Shown here piece by piece: positions 22,877 to 36,880 of a stretch of 64,000 nt of DNA. Source of the stretch: Eledone cirrhosa (lineage: Eukaryota); NCBI GenBank assembly GCA_964016885.1, contig OZ024742.1, positions 364,250,001 to 364,314,000 of the forward strand, written 5' to 3'. The translations under genes were made by a program, and so were the position numbers. The notes beneath the pieces are model-generated. The model was not told the origin of the DNA and ran no database searches. It saw nothing but the letters and a program-made list of their open reading frames with translations. How positions within the stretch are numbered: the first letter of the stretch is position 1; each line of letters starts with the position of its first letter.

Positions 22877-25800
22877 GTTGTTATTCCTTGAATCTCAGTC
22901 ATTGATGTTGGTTAACTGGAAAGTCCGTTGGAATGAATATCAAGCCACTACCTGCAGCCTCAGATATTCAGGACGTATCGGAGGGTTCTTGCTGTTCCAA
23001 GCAAGCATGCCTTTTGAAGCGTTCCAAAAAGCGTGAAGGGGCCGATTTTCTTTAACCATCCCTGGAAACTTTTGGAGATAGTCCCCAGTGCGCCTATGAC
23101 AATCGGGATCACTTTGACTTCATGGCAGTTCCAAATCCTTTTCACCTCCCACTTTACGTCCTGGTATCGGTTAATTTTCTCCCTCTCCTTCTCTTGCACT
23201 CTCGTGTCGAACGGGCAGGCCACATCCACAATCAGACACGATCTTTTTTCTTTGTCCACAACCACCAGGTTGTTCCAGTTTTTTGTCCGTCTGTATCCTA
23301 AAATCCCACAGCACCTTCACCTGATTGTTCTCCATCACCGCCTCTGGCCTATGCTCATACCATTTCTCAGAATGTGGTAAATTGTTTACTTTGCACAGGT
23401 GCCAGTGGATCACCCTGCCCATCACATCGTGTCTCCAGCCCTGATAGTGGGTCTGGGCTAGGTGTTTACACTCGGACACAATGTGAGCCACAGTCTCCTC
23501 TCTCTCTCCACAGATCCTGCACAGTGGGCTAGCCTCCTCCTTGTAAATATGGTGCATCAACCACTTCGTTTTGAGGGCCTGCTCCTGAGCAGCCATTATC
23601 ATTCCTTCTGTAGCCTTTTTGAGGTCTCCTCTTCTCAACCAGTTCCATGTCTGTGGATCTCTAAATTCAGTTTTCTCAAAGAAGGTACTATGAAGGGATT
23701 TTCCCTTAAGGCTGCTCTTCCTCCTTGATGTTATTTCCTCCTTGGACATCCCCTGGCCTACTGTCCCCTCCTTCAGTACAGTTTTGAGCATTGGCTCCTT
23801 ACTATAGGTCACGTATTTCTATAGGTTGTTTTTCTCTATCTGAACACAGTCCTCTATGCTGATAAGACCTCTTCCACCCTCAGATCTCCTTAGGTAGAGT
23901 CTATCGACATCACTCCTCTTGTGGAACATGTTGTAGATAGTCAATAGCTTCCTAGTCTTCCTATCCATTTCTTTTTGTTCAGCAACATTCCATCTCAGAA
24001 TTCCCGCACTGTACCTAATAATAGACACAGCTCGGGAATTTACTGCGCTTATGGCATTTCTGCTGTTCAGATGTGACTTCAATACGCTCCTTACTCTCCG
24101 AATGTATTCAGTTCTTAACAATTCCTTCATTTTTTTGTTCTTTATGCCATCAGCTTCCAGAACGCCCAAGTACTTGTATCCTTCCTCAGAGTCAATTTCC
24201 TTTATCGTCTCACCTGTTGGTATCTGGATCCCGCTACTTCTGCTCAACCTACCCCTCCTCATCACAATGACTCCACAGTTACCAATACCAAACTGCATAC
24301 ATATATCACTGCTGAAAATACGGACAGTGTCAACAAGCACATCCAACTCCTTCTCACTTTTCCCGAAGAGCTTAAGATCGTCCATGAAGAGGATGTGATT
24401 GATGGTAAGCTCTCCCCTTCCCAACTTGTATCCTGCTCTCACTTTTCGCAGCATAATGGTCAAGGGCATTAGGGCAAGGACAAACAACAGAGGGGACAGG
24501 CTATCTCCCTGGAAGATACCTCTCTTGATCTTCACGCTTCCAAGGATACTCCAATTGATGTCAACTCTGTCTCCCAGGACCCCATACTCCTGCCCAGCAA
24601 CTGTCTGATGTTATCTGCCACCCTGAAGATCTCCAGGCGTTTGGTGATCCAAGAATGAGGCACTATGTCAAATGCCTTTCTGTAGTCTATCCATCCCATG
24701 GCAAGATCAGTGTGTCTCCTCCTGCAATTCCCCATTACCATCTTATCAATAAGTAACTGGTCCTTTGTACCACGTGACTTCTTTCGACATCCTTTCTGTT
24801 CGTCCGGTAACAAGTTGTTTGTGTGGAGGTGATAGTAGATTTCCTCAGACACAATGCTCGTCAACAGTTTCCACATTACGGACAGACATGTGATAGGTCT
24901 ATAGTTGGTAACATCATTACCCTTGATTCGGTCTTTCATTATCAGAACTGTGGTACCTTTTGTCAACCACTCTGGCACCTCACCCGACACCAAGCAGTCA
25001 TTGAACATGGCCGTCAGCTTCGGGTGGAGGGATGTTAAATGTTTAATCCAATACCCCTGCACACCATCTGGGCCTGGTGATTTCCAGTTGGTTAGTTTTT
25101 TGGCCTGCCCCTTAAGAGTTTCAACTGTGATACTCAAATCAGTTTGTTGTTGTGCCTGCTCACCGATCTCCCTCTGTACTGTCTCAATCCACCCTGCCTG
25201 GGCATTATGTCTAACATCCTGCTCCCATATTCCTCTCCAGAATGTTTTAGTTTGTTCCGCCCCAGGGATCAAGTCGTTGCCTCTTTCTTTCCCCTCAAGC
25301 TGTCCAAACAGCATCTACCGGCTGTTGTCGAACATGCGGTTCTGTTTATACTGACTGACTCTGTTCTCGTATCGCCTGATTTTTGCACTCTTTGCTACAA
25401 TGCGTTGCTTCAATTCCTCTATGATAATATTTAGCTTTTTACTCCTAGTTTTGTATTTTATTTCCAGTCTATTTTTAGTGCCTATGTTTTTTAGTGTCCC
25501 ATTCAGTAGTGACTCAAGCTTTCCTATGTCATTTCTCATTTCCCCGATTTGCCCACTCAGTCGCTTCTTCCACCACGGCTCTGCTCTTTCTTGTCTGTTG
25601 TTTCCTCTCGCTTTTATACCAAGTAGTTTCCTCACCGTATTTGCTGTTGCTTTGAGGATATTGTTGCACTGGTGAAGGCTCCTCGCCTCAAGGTATGGGA
25701 TGACTTTGTTTACCTTAGCTGTTGTTTCTTTTAACTTTTTCCTGTCTACAAATCTTAGGTTCATAGGTCTCCCACTATCATTGTTCAATTCATCTACCAC

Positions 25801-26503
25801 TAAATTTAGGATGTCAACCGAATCTTGTCCTAGCCCGTCAGCATTCATCTCCTCAGTGGCCGTATCTCTGTTCCAGGTATTATTTATCTCAGTATTCAGA
25901 TCATTGTCTGCTTCGGGTGGTTCCTCCGTTCTCAGGGCCTCTTCACCTTCATTTCCCACTGGCTCGCTTGTCTGGCATACTACACCCGCCATCTCCAAGC
26001 CATTCTCTCTGCTCAGTTCCTCCAGTTCCAGCTCGCTTATCCACCCATTAGTTCTTATTACCCGAGCCTGCCCGGCCAATTTTTGTTCATCTAATTTAAA
26101 TAAACCAATCTCGTTCCAGATGTTATGCATCCGTCTCCTGTAGCCCCTCTCCTTGGGGTTACTTTTCAGGTAACATTGCATAACAGTTCTATTCAATTCT
26201 TTCGTCCAGTTGGTTCTGGCCCCTTTCCTTCTTCTCCTTCCTCCAACATCAGCAGTATTTGGTTGACAGTCAGGTTCCTGCTGCTGAGCCAGGGGGCACC
26301 TGTTGGGTGAGAGTCTGTCACATGACGTTCTAGTCTCCATTTCACCGTTATTCGAACTGTTTATGTTCGATATTTAAACACTCTTATCGAGGATTGGCGA
26401 ATGTATGGTTACATAGCCATCTGTGGATCCGCCATCCCACTTGGCCCTTGTGTGGCATTATCACCACGCTGTATACGAACACACATAAACAAACAAACAC
26501 ACA
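22877..26503 (-). mobile_element. Full-length R4/Dong family B copy, inactivated
   Basis: Near-identical to 42903-46544 but split into ORFs 25315-26340, 24532-25314, 23819-24535, 23171-23812 and 22960-23265. Confidence 0.93.
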
Positions 26504-27407
26504 GGCAGAAAGGGCCCCAAAAATGAATAAGCATAAGTTTCATTGTAATGTAGTGTTCGAATGTCTGTTTTTAAGTTTTAGTTTTTCCCCCCTCTTCTCT
26601 GTCCGTCCGCCTGCTTCTCTCTTCATTCTTATTTTCTTTACGTTTTTGGGGTTTCTTTTTTTGTTTTTGTTTTTCTCTGTTTGTTTTTCTCGTTTTTGCT
26701 GTTGTTGCAGTGCTGCTTTGGTTTTGTTGTTTGTTTTTTCTTTTTTCTTTTGAGTCTATCTATATATTTTGATGCCTTCCTCTTTGTTAGTAGTAGGAAT
26801 TCTATAATGTGGAAGTAGCAGCCAGCAGGGAGAAGTGGGAGACTGGCGGCGGTAGCGATACTGAGACAGTGGTGGTGGTGATGTCGATACCGAGGCAGTG
26901 GTGGCGGTGATGTGACCGGATGACTGTAGTGATGGTGCTGTAGCGGTGGCAGCAGTGAAGGAGTGAAGGGGTGGTGGCGGCGGTGATGGGATAGTGGTGG
27001 TAATGATGGCCGTAGTGAGCGGTGGTGGTGGAGGTGAAAATGCCGTTATCTGGCTGTTGTGTTTAGTGTACACAGATGATGGGGTGGGTGGTGTATCTAG
27101 TTTCTGGTGTTGGTGAGTTTGGCTGTCCTATATAGTGTAGACAGAGGAGAGGAGGGGGGGGGGTTCTTCTTCCATTTATAGCCATTTTCTTTTTTGGATA
27201 TACAGTGTACAATACAAAGTTGAATTTTTGAATATTTGAGCCTTATAACAATATATTTTGGGTCCGAATTGTTTGGGGCTCAAGCCGGGTGCTTTACGTA
27301 GCATTTGTACTAAGAGTTGTTATTTCACAAATGATTTAAATATGTTAAAAATTCAAAACTTACGGGAGCGATTTCATGACCTCCGTCACCTCGTGCGTCT
27401 TCTTCCC
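26504..27407 (-). mobile_element. Unclassified repeat X, copy 1 (resembles a LINE 5'UTR plus Pro/Thr-rich ORF1 start)
   Basis: On the minus strand it begins (AAT)n-GGGAAGAAGACGCACGAGGTG and has an A-rich..ATGGCT start like the Tx1 ORF1 starts; homologous to 29750-30661. Confidence 0.5.
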
Positions 27408-27441
<34 letters not shown>

Positions 27442-27453
27442 ATTATTATTATT

Positions 27454-27983
27454 GTTGTTGTTATTCCTTGAATCTCAGTCATTGATGTTGGTTAACTGGA
27501 AAGTCCGTTGGATTGAATATCAAGCCACTACCTGCAGCCTCAGATATTCAGGACGTATCGGAGGGTTCTTGCTGTTCCAAGCAAGCATGCCTTTTGAAGC
27601 GTTCCAAAAAGCGTGAAGGGGCCGATTTTCTTTAACCATCCCTGGAAACTTTTGGAGATAGTCCCCAGTGCGCCTATGACAATCGGGATCACTTTGACTT
27701 CATGGCAGTTCCAAATCCTTTTCACCTCCCACTTTAGGTCCTGGTATCGGTTAATTTTCTCCCTCTCCTTCTCTTGCACTCTCGTGTCGAACGGGCAGGC
27801 CACATCCACAATCAGGCACGATCTTTTTTCTTTGTCCACAACCACCAGGTCAGGTCTATTGTGTTCCAGTTTTTTGTCCGTCTGTATCCTAAAATCCCAC
27901 AGCACCTTCACCTGATTGTTCTCCATCACCGCCTCTGGCCTATGCTCATACCATCTCTCAGAATGTGGTAAATTGTTTACTTT
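27454..27983 (-). mobile_element. Dong family B, 5'-truncated (REL domain only)
   Basis: ORF 27540-27929 [25 protein letters not shown]. Confidence 0.92.
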
Positions 27984-28062
27984 TAATATTATTGTTTACT
28001 TATTAATATTATTATTGTTTACTTTACTTTACTTATTAATATTATTATTGTTTACTTATTAA

Positions 28063-28122
<60 letters not shown>

Positions 28123-28123
<1 letters not shown>

Positions 28124-29640
28124 GTTGCATTTATCTTGCTTTATGTTCATACGAGTTATCACCAAGTCATAACCAGTGACCTCAAGAGACAACAAGGTCC
28201 GCCATATTCAAGAAAGAACATACATACTCACACATGCATCTTTAGTGTTTAAACTTGTGATGTACTTATATGGACAGAATCTTCCTTAGTATATGGGCAG
28301 TTCCCATTAGTACTGTCTTTTGTATTTTTCCTATACGCGGGTTTCCTGGGATTTGCGATAAGTAATCATTAGACCCCTTAGGTATCATTCCCAGGGGGAC
28401 CACAACCACTGGTATTGTTTTAGTTCTCAATTTCCACATTTTTCTAATTTCTATCTCCAGGTCCCTATACTGCTCAATTTTTCAAATGTTTTTATAGATA
28501 CATTCTTGTCTATTGGAACGGACATATCAATCAGCAGCCAAACCCTCTTTTTAAAGTCCTTCAATATTATATCAGGTCTATTTGCATCTATTTTTCAGTC
28601 TGTTTGGATGCTAAAATTCCACAAGATTGAGATGTGATCTTTTTCAAGTATGGGAGGTGGTTGATGCTCCCACCAATTCTTTTGATGGGGCATGTCAAAA
28701 TGCTTACACATTATCCAATGTATGTATTGTGCAGCTCTGTCATGCCTGTTTAGGTATTCGGTTGGAGCTATAGGACTGCACATTGAAATTATATGGTCAA
28801 TGGTCTCTGGTAGTTTTTTGCATACACGGCATAATGGGCTGCATCCATTTTTTATTATGTTGGCTTGGTAATTTTTTGTTGGCAGACACTGATCTTGTGC
28901 TGATATAATCAGTCCTTCAGTCTCCGATTTCAGTCCAGAGGATGCCAACCACTGATGGGTTAAAGTTTTGTCAATATCAGGATTGTTAGCTCGCTCTGGG
29001 TATTTTCCATACAGAGGCTTTTCTTGCCATTTCTTAGCCAGTTTCTGTAGCAGTTCTTTCTTTGCAGTTACTTTTACCTGCTTTGCTTTTTCTGTGTTTT
29101 CCATTTCAGCAGTAAATGGGACTTCTGAAATTTGTAGTCCATTACTGTATCTTTGTGCATCTTTTGTAATGGAATATGATCTTTTGGTGCTTTCGTGTTT
29201 CAAAACGAGTTTGATCATCCAATCATGTGATTCCCTTAAATATGTAGATAATCCAATTGTTGCAGTTTTAAACGCAATGTCTAACTGGACTAACCCACGT
29301 CCTCCTTCTTTCCTAGGGAGATATATTCTATCTATATCTGCCTTAGGGTGATGCATTCTGTGCATGGTTAAGAATTTTCGAATTTTTCTATCGAGGCTAC
29401 GGATCTCTGTGCTTGACCAGTTGATGACATTGTAACTGTAGGTTACTACTGGTATGGCAAACGTGTTTATGGCATCGATCCTATTCCTTGCATTCAATTC
29501 CGTTCTTAAGATTGCTCTTACTCTGCGGTAACATTGCTTCCTTATCCTTTCCCTCATTGTCGAGTGCTTGATTCCGTCTCCTTCACAAACACCTAGATAT
29601 TTATAAATTTTTTCTTGATCAAGTCCTCTTATCACGTTCC
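28123..29640 (-). mobile_element. Dong family A, 5'-truncated copy 2
   Basis: Near-identical to 14090-15610; stop and frameshift in the REL region. Confidence 0.92.
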
Positions 29641-29749
29641 TTAATGTGAGCATTGCGTGGCTTAAGAATGAAATTATTAATAATAATAATTGTGTCCACT
29701 CCAGGCACAAGGCCAGCAATCACCCAGTGCATTACAATAATATAATATA

Positions 29750-30661
29750 CTTTTTGCTGAAGTTGCCTGTTATTGTTGTTGGCTATGTCGGTGGTGGTGC
29801 TGGGGCTTTTTATATTGTTGGTGAGGAAGGGGGGGAGCCAGCAGTGCCATAGTAGTTGACGTTTGGCCGGTGGCCAAGTCACTAAGTCAATCTATTTATA
29901 TCTTTTGCTAGCCTCTCCCTTGTCTAGTGATACCACCACCTTCCCCTTTCTTAAGTTAACAGGGGAATAGTGGTGGTAGCAATGAAGGAGTGGTGGCGGC
30001 GGTGATGGGGTAGTGGTAGCAATGATGGATGGAGTGGTGGTGGCGGTGGCGTTGTCGTTACTGAGTTTTTTTTTTTTATATGTAGTATCTATGCGTTTGT
30101 GTCGCGTATGTTTAATATCTGTGTTGAATAGACTAGTTTTGTTTGATCTGTAGTATCTATGCGTTTGTGCCACGTATGTTTAATACATGCGTTGAGATAT
30201 TCCCGTAAAATTGGAATTAAACATTTTGTTAAAACTTGCGACAATAATAATAGTAATTATTATTATGAAGCTGGGATTGGTGGTGGTGGTGGTGGTGAAA
30301 TTGCCGTTATCTGGCTGTTATATTTAGTGTACACAGCGGGGTGATGGGGTAGGTGGTGTATCAAGTTTCTGGTGTTGGTGAAATTGCTGTTATTTGGCTG
30401 TTCTATATAGTGTAGACAGAGGGAGTTTTCTTCCATATATAACCATTTTCTTTTTTGAATATAAAATATATAATACAAAATTGAATATTTGAGCGATATA
30501 ACAATATATTATGGATCCGAAATTTTATGAGACTTGATTCGGTGTTTTATGCATTATTTGTGCTAAGAATTGTTATTTCACAATTGATTTAAATATGTTA
30601 AAAATCAAAAACTTACGGGAGCGATTTCATGACATTCTACCACCTCGTGCGTCTTCTTCCC
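29750..30661 (-). mobile_element. Unclassified repeat X, copy 2
   Basis: 30280-30661 aligns with 27020-27407; internal ~69-bp direct repeat at 30081-30198. Confidence 0.5.
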
Positions 30662-30819
<158 letters not shown>

Positions 30820-31034
30820 GAATGCCATGGTTGACGGAGGCTCGGCTCTGTAAGGTATAGTAATTTTTAACCGTTAAAACAATTGTAAATTGTTTAAAAC
30901 TTGAACCAAATTGTTGATAAAGACACCCTCCTCCTCGTGAGAGGGGTCTTTCTGTCGGTTATATGGCCCTTCGGGGCTAAATAACCAGTTATTGGGGTTT
31001 TGTACCCAATATTCATTTTAAACAAAAAAACAAC

Positions 31035-33130
31035 ATGGCTACGAAAAAGAAATTTCATACGTCACTCCCACTCATTCCGTCTTCTTCTTCCTCAATCATC
31101 ACTACAGCAGAGAGAAGATTGTCTCTCTCCCTCCCATCTTTAAATGTGTCTCTCTCCCTCCCTTCTCTTTCGCAAGTGACGAAAGAAAAGAAAAGTCTCG
31201 TGCAAAGCGTGCAAAGTTTCTCCACGACGACGACGACAGCGACGAAACAGGTGTGCGGGAAATACGAAAACCCAGTTCATTCGTCTGACGTCAGGAATAA
31301 TAGCAGTAGCAGCCGTAATAACAACAGCAACAGTGACAATGAAAACAACAGTAGCAGCCGCAACAGCATCACCAGCAGCATAAACAACAACAGCATTAGC
31401 AGCAGCAACACCAACAACAACCACAGCAACAGCGGCGGAGGCAGTAGTCGTAGTACCTGCAGCAACAACAAAAGTACCAGCAGCTCTGACGACAACAACA
31501 ACAGCAGAGAAAAACCAATCTCATTTGCAGGTATTGCGAAAAACTTGGAAACAATCCTCATAACAAATGAGGAATTAGAGGAAGCGAAGAAGATGGTGAC
31601 AAAGAACGGACACCGAGCAATCTGCAAGGCAGCGGAAAAATTTTTCGAAACCCAAGAGCACTGTACGGTCACGTACCGTACAGTAAGTACAAAATCCCGT
31701 AGGGTGGAAAGAGCCACAGAGGCCCAAATACAAAAAGCCTTGGGGTCTGTGTGGCAGCGGAAAACGCACATCACCCGAGGCAAAAAATATGCCACCGTAG
31801 ACGTACTTTTTGCCACACCCCAGGAGGCAAAGGCCCAATCAGTAGTGACCCTAAGGAGCGAGGAAATGGTGTTGGTGCCCTCCTACTGTGGGCAAAAAAT
31901 TGTGAGGGTCAAACTAACCCACGTCCCCCCCGGAATGACCCCTTCTTGGCTGGCCGCGTCTGTCCTCGTCGGAATCGAGGACAAAACAACTGTACTACAA
32001 GTACAGAAAAAAGTAAGAGAATATTAGGTCGGCTCCTCCATTGAGATGCTAATCCAAACCAACCAGGAGTGCATCGAAGCTATCCCGGATGTGATAGACT
32101 TCGATAACGGCACTCAACTGCCCATAAGTGTTAAGGGCAAACGCCCGAAATGCTTTCGCTGTGGATCGAAGACTCACCTCAGGGCCTTCTGCAACGAGAA
32201 GACCCTGAGAAAGGAGAAAACCCCCCTCCTTCCGAATCCGGCTCCACGGCTACCAGCAACAGGACAAGCGGCAACCAGGAACGATAGGCCCGTGGCACCC
32301 ATACCCACTCCACGGAAATCAAAAACAGCAGCAGCAGTGGAAATACTAACAACAACAACAGCAATACCAAATGCAGCTGCAACAGAGACTCAGTGCAAAC
32401 ATCACCAACAACAACAAGTGAAAGAGTGGAGCTGGTACCCCTCCCCGACCTCACAGAATCAGACATGGAGTGTGAGGTGGGAGAGAGATGGCAAAAGGTC
32501 GTAAGAAGGCACAAACGCAGAAGCAGCGCATCGTCGCCTTTGAAAAGGGAGGAAAGAAATGAGAAAGGGGTAAAGTCTACTGCAAAGAGACCCACAGCAG
32601 CAACAACACCAACACCATCACCACCCACACTAGCACCACCATCACCACCGGCGACAACCCCACCGCCAACAACACCTTCAACACCACCACCACAAGCACC
32701 AACATCGCAAACACAACAACAAAACACACACACCCAGCAACAACGAGAAGAAAATAGCAGAACCACACCCCACCCCCAGAAAAACAAATGCACGGCAATA
32801 AATACACACAACAAGAAACTAATGACTTACATAATTGAACACACAGACATTTCACAACAGGACTACATAATACCAGCACCAATCAAAACGCCAACTAACA
32901 TAAGACTGCTAAAAATAGCACAGAAACAATACACAAATATTAAAACGAAATTCCCCAACGCAGTTGGTGATTTCAGGGACCTAGGAGGAACCATCAATCG
33001 AAGAGTATACTCAGACATTCTCTTAGAAGAGCCGACGACCAGCCGAAGGGACGATTCAACGGTCCCTTCACCAGACGATCAAGTGGAAAGGGATGTAAAA
33101 ACCATCCCTCCTCTACCAAAAGTACGGTAA
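31035..33130 (+). pseudogene. Tx1 ORF1 (CFRCGSKTHLRAFC knuckle), one stop and one frameshift
   Basis: TAG at 32025 and a 1-nt deletion near 32390 relative to copy C. Confidence 0.85.
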
Positions 33131-33165
33131 GTGGTCTTTCCCATCTTTTCCACTCTATTTTAAAC

Positions 33166-36100
33166 ATGACCTCACTCAGAATAGGCAGCATAAATGCGCG
33201 TGGCTTGGGGTCGTCATGGAAGCAGGGTCACCTGCTCAACGACCTCAGGTCACTAAACATAGATGTAGTGGCCATCAGCGAGACCAGAATCTTCGAAGCA
33301 CGGGCCTTCGCACCGATCTTCGGCGGCTACGATGTGTACGCATCTCCCAGCCGTCCTGGATCCGGTGGAGTTGTTGCTGTGCTTTTTCGGAGAGGTTTGG
33401 ATCTCGCCATACAGGCCATCTTCCTGGACCCAGAGGGTAAGCTGGTGGTGCTGGACGTGACCAGCGGAGACGGGCAAGCTTTCAGGCTAGTGGCCGTCTA
33501 TGCCCCGACAGGAGCAGGGCGGCCTGATTTCTTCCGGCGTCTGGAGACCTTTCTTGGAACGTCCCGCTCTTTAGTGTTAGTGGGCGACTGGAACGGGATC
33601 TTAGATGCACGCTGGGACTGTGTGGGATTAGCGGATAGGGGTGGAAGGTGCAAGAGCCTCACCAACCTGCTCAGGCGTTTTGAACTGTCTGACAGGTACC
33701 GATTGGATTTCCCGAATGTGCCAATGTGGACTTGGACAAATCGCATAGGGTCATCCAGATCATATCTAGATAGAGTATTTTGTAGGGAAATAGATAGGTC
33801 TAGCATAGGCTGTCCACAATTCAAGATAGTCAGCTACACGGACCACAAATTCGTGACCTGTGTGCTTGACTTAGATAGGCTTCATAGACGAGGACCCGGC
33901 TACTGGAAGCTAAACGCGTCGTTACCAGCGCGCAAGGCCTACAGAGACCGGATTAGCGAACTAGTTAAGCGGGCGTTGACGGGGGCCATCGTCAACAACA
34001 AGTGGTGGTTTGCTCTGAAAAGAGCGATTAGAATAGAATCGATTAGGTTTAGTAAGGCTTTAGCAATAGAGAAAAATAGAGCAGAGGGAGAACTAGTTAG
34101 AAAATTAGACGAGGCGCTTAGCAAAGGCATTGCGACCGACGTGCTTGCGGCGAAATTGGCCCTTGACCAATTCTTCAATGCAAAGCACGAAGGCTGCGTT
34201 GTCAGAGCTAGGGTGCGTGCTCTCAGACACGAGGGGACGAAAGCCGTTCAATGGGCCCGAGTGGCGGAGGCGCGTCGTGGCAACAAAGCCACGATCCCGT
34301 CTTTGGTGGACCACGACGGGCGCATGCTACTCGATCCCGGACAAATGTGTGAAGCTTTTCAGCGACACTTCGCTCAGCTGTTCGGGGGCAGCGGGGGGCC
34401 GGGTAGAGGGATGGACTTTAGTGTCTACCTCGACGGACTGCCGCGGCTCTCGGCCACTGAGGCGAAGTGTTGCGAAAAGCCGATAACAGCCGCTGAAGTA
34501 AGGGAGGCAATGACTGGCTGCACAAGGGGTAAATCTCCTGGTTTGGATGGTCTGCCCTATGAACTTTACGTACAGATGCCAGACTTGTTCGGAGGCCTCT
34601 TGGCGGACGTCTACTGCAACTGGCAACAGAACGGGAGAATTCCCAGTTCTGTGAACCGAGGAGCGGTGGAACTGCTGAGAAAGGATCCGAATAAGGGGGA
34701 TAACATAGACAATTTCCGGCCCATAACTCTGCTAAACACAGAGTTTAAGATTTTGGCCAAGGTGCTAGCAAAGAGGTTGGCGCTTGTCGTTGGTGGTCTG
34801 GTGGGAGAGGCGCAGACATGCGCCATTCCCGACAGATCCATCCACGACAACCTCCACCTCATGCGATACATCGTAGAGAGGGTAGCTAGGGAACCTGGCA
34901 CGGGTGGGTCCTTGATCAATTTAGATCAGTCGAAAGCTTTCGATAGGGTCGACCATCGTTACCTAGCGGCAGTCCTGAGGGCGGCTGGCTTTGGGCCCGT
35001 CTTCAGAGGCTGGATCGCTGCCATGCACAGCGACATCTGCTCTGTGGTGTTAGTGAACGGTCACCTGTCGGAACCGTTCAACATCATGCGCTCGGTCCGC
35101 CAAGGATGTCCCCTCTCGTCCCTCTTGTACGTATTGACTCTCGAGCCATTACTGCACAAACTGGAGACGTTGAGGGGAGTCCCGCGCGAACTAGGATGCG
35201 GAAGATCAGTGTCAGCATATGCGGACGATGTCACCGTAGTGGTGTCGAGCGCCAAACACATCGAGGCGATCGGCACTACACTAAGAGAATACGAAGCGGT
35301 GACAGGAGCAATGATCAACCAGGAAAAGTCAGTGGGCCTGCAGCTCGGCACCTGGAGAGCCAGGTCCATGCCGTCCAACAGCGTCGTCGGACGCTGGACG
35401 GACGGACCGGTTAAATTGCTAGGGGTCTGGTTCGATCCGGACCTCCAGACGGACAAAAACTGGGACAAGGTGACGAGCAGGGTGGCTTCTCTCACCCAGA
35501 AATGGGCGGAGAGGAAGCTATCCCTGAAAGGTCGAGCGGAGGTGGCTAACGCGTACATCGCGTCCGTCATCTGCTACCGTCTGACCGTCGTACCTTGTCC
35601 TAAGCCTCGCCTGACTGCGCTGGAGCGTTTGCTCTTTCGCTTTTTGTGGAAGGGACGCGCTCCGATGGTCAGGCGGTCCATCTGTTGTCAACACCCGCTA
35701 CGTGGAGGGCTGGGCATGCCGTGGCTGATGATGCGCAGGCACGCGCTCAGGCTACGACATCTCCACCTCTTCCTCGACGGTGATCAGGTGTGGTCGCCGT
35801 TTGCTAGGCGCGTGTTTCCCCAGCTCGTTTCCTTGACGGAGCTGCAGTCCTGGGTCAAGCGAAGACCGAGAGGGAGCCGCTGGAGACTGGAATGTCTTCA
35901 GGCGCTCACAGCCCTCGACCAATCGGGCAATGTGATCGGTGGAAACTCCACCTCGGCGTTCTATAGAGGATTAGTGGAGGGGAAGAGCGATGACGTACTT
36001 GGGGAAACTCTAGGCGTCGACGAAAATCAACTAGCCAATCTCTTCGGAAGAACTTTCGGGCCAGGGCCTATGGACAACTTCCAGAAATCTCTGGCCTGGC

Positions 36101-36585
36101 AGTGCTACCGAGGAGCCTTGCCAGTTCGGGATAAACTCTACAGGCATGGAGGTGCCGTCAGCCGGGCATGTCCGAGATGCGCGCAGGGCGACGAAACCGT
36201 CCTGCACACACTCGTCCAGTGTCCGAAAATTGCTGACTTGTGGGTTTATGTCTAACACCTGCTGTCGCGTTTAGGACGGATCCGGCTATCATCTGAGTCC
36301 ATCGTGAGGATTGCCCCGCCCTCCTCCTTTAGCCGGGAAGGGCAGGCAGTTTTTATCTGCCTGGTGGCCATGGTGAAAGAGATAGTATGGTGGACACGTT
36401 TGAAAGGGCTGAAGACGAGCACTTACCTCTTCGGTGATGCTCTGATTGACTTTTTCAAATTTCATTTGAAAAGGAAAATCAGAGTAGAGAGGGAAGTGCT
36501 CTCTTCCCAGCATTTTGTTGAAAGATGGGTGAGAGAAGCAAGAATGGCCCGAGTGAATGGGCCTACTCTGAGCATATATCTGTAA
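33166..36585 (+). pseudogene. Tx1 ORF2 with a premature TAA at 36253 (1029 aa open)
   Basis: GAA->TAA just after the CCHC motif relative to copy A; frame continues to 36585. Confidence 0.85.
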
Positions 36586-36848
36586 ATTAAAGGTGGAAAA
36601 CTGGGAGAGGGCACTTGCCTTGGTGGTCAGGGTCATTGTGGCTTTTTACTGGGCTTTCTCCACAAATGTCCCTCCGAAGTCTCCCCCCTATTGGGGAATT
36701 TTTCATTGTTATTTTTGTTACATCCTCTGTTTTTGTTTTTTTACACGCAGAAATGCCCATTTGTACCGTCCTGCATTGTCCTGCACTGTCCTTAATGTCT
36801 ACTTTATGTAAACCCTTGTGGTTAATAAAGAAATCATTATTAAAGAAA

Positions 36849-36880
<32 letters not shown>

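Larger units (their letters stand above)
30820..36850 (+). mobile_element. Full-length Tx1-clade LINE, copy B
   Basis: 5' end GAATGCCATGG after (ATT)n; ORF1 31035-33130; ORF2 33166-36585; duplicated AAAGAAATCATTATT tail. Confidence 0.93.

Noticed and set aside
30919-30986. Possible HDV-like ribozyme in the Tx1 5'UTR (CTCCTCGT loop, UUCG hairpin, GCTAA)
   Set aside because: The sequence forms two simple hairpins; I could not build P1/P2 in the required pseudoknot order.
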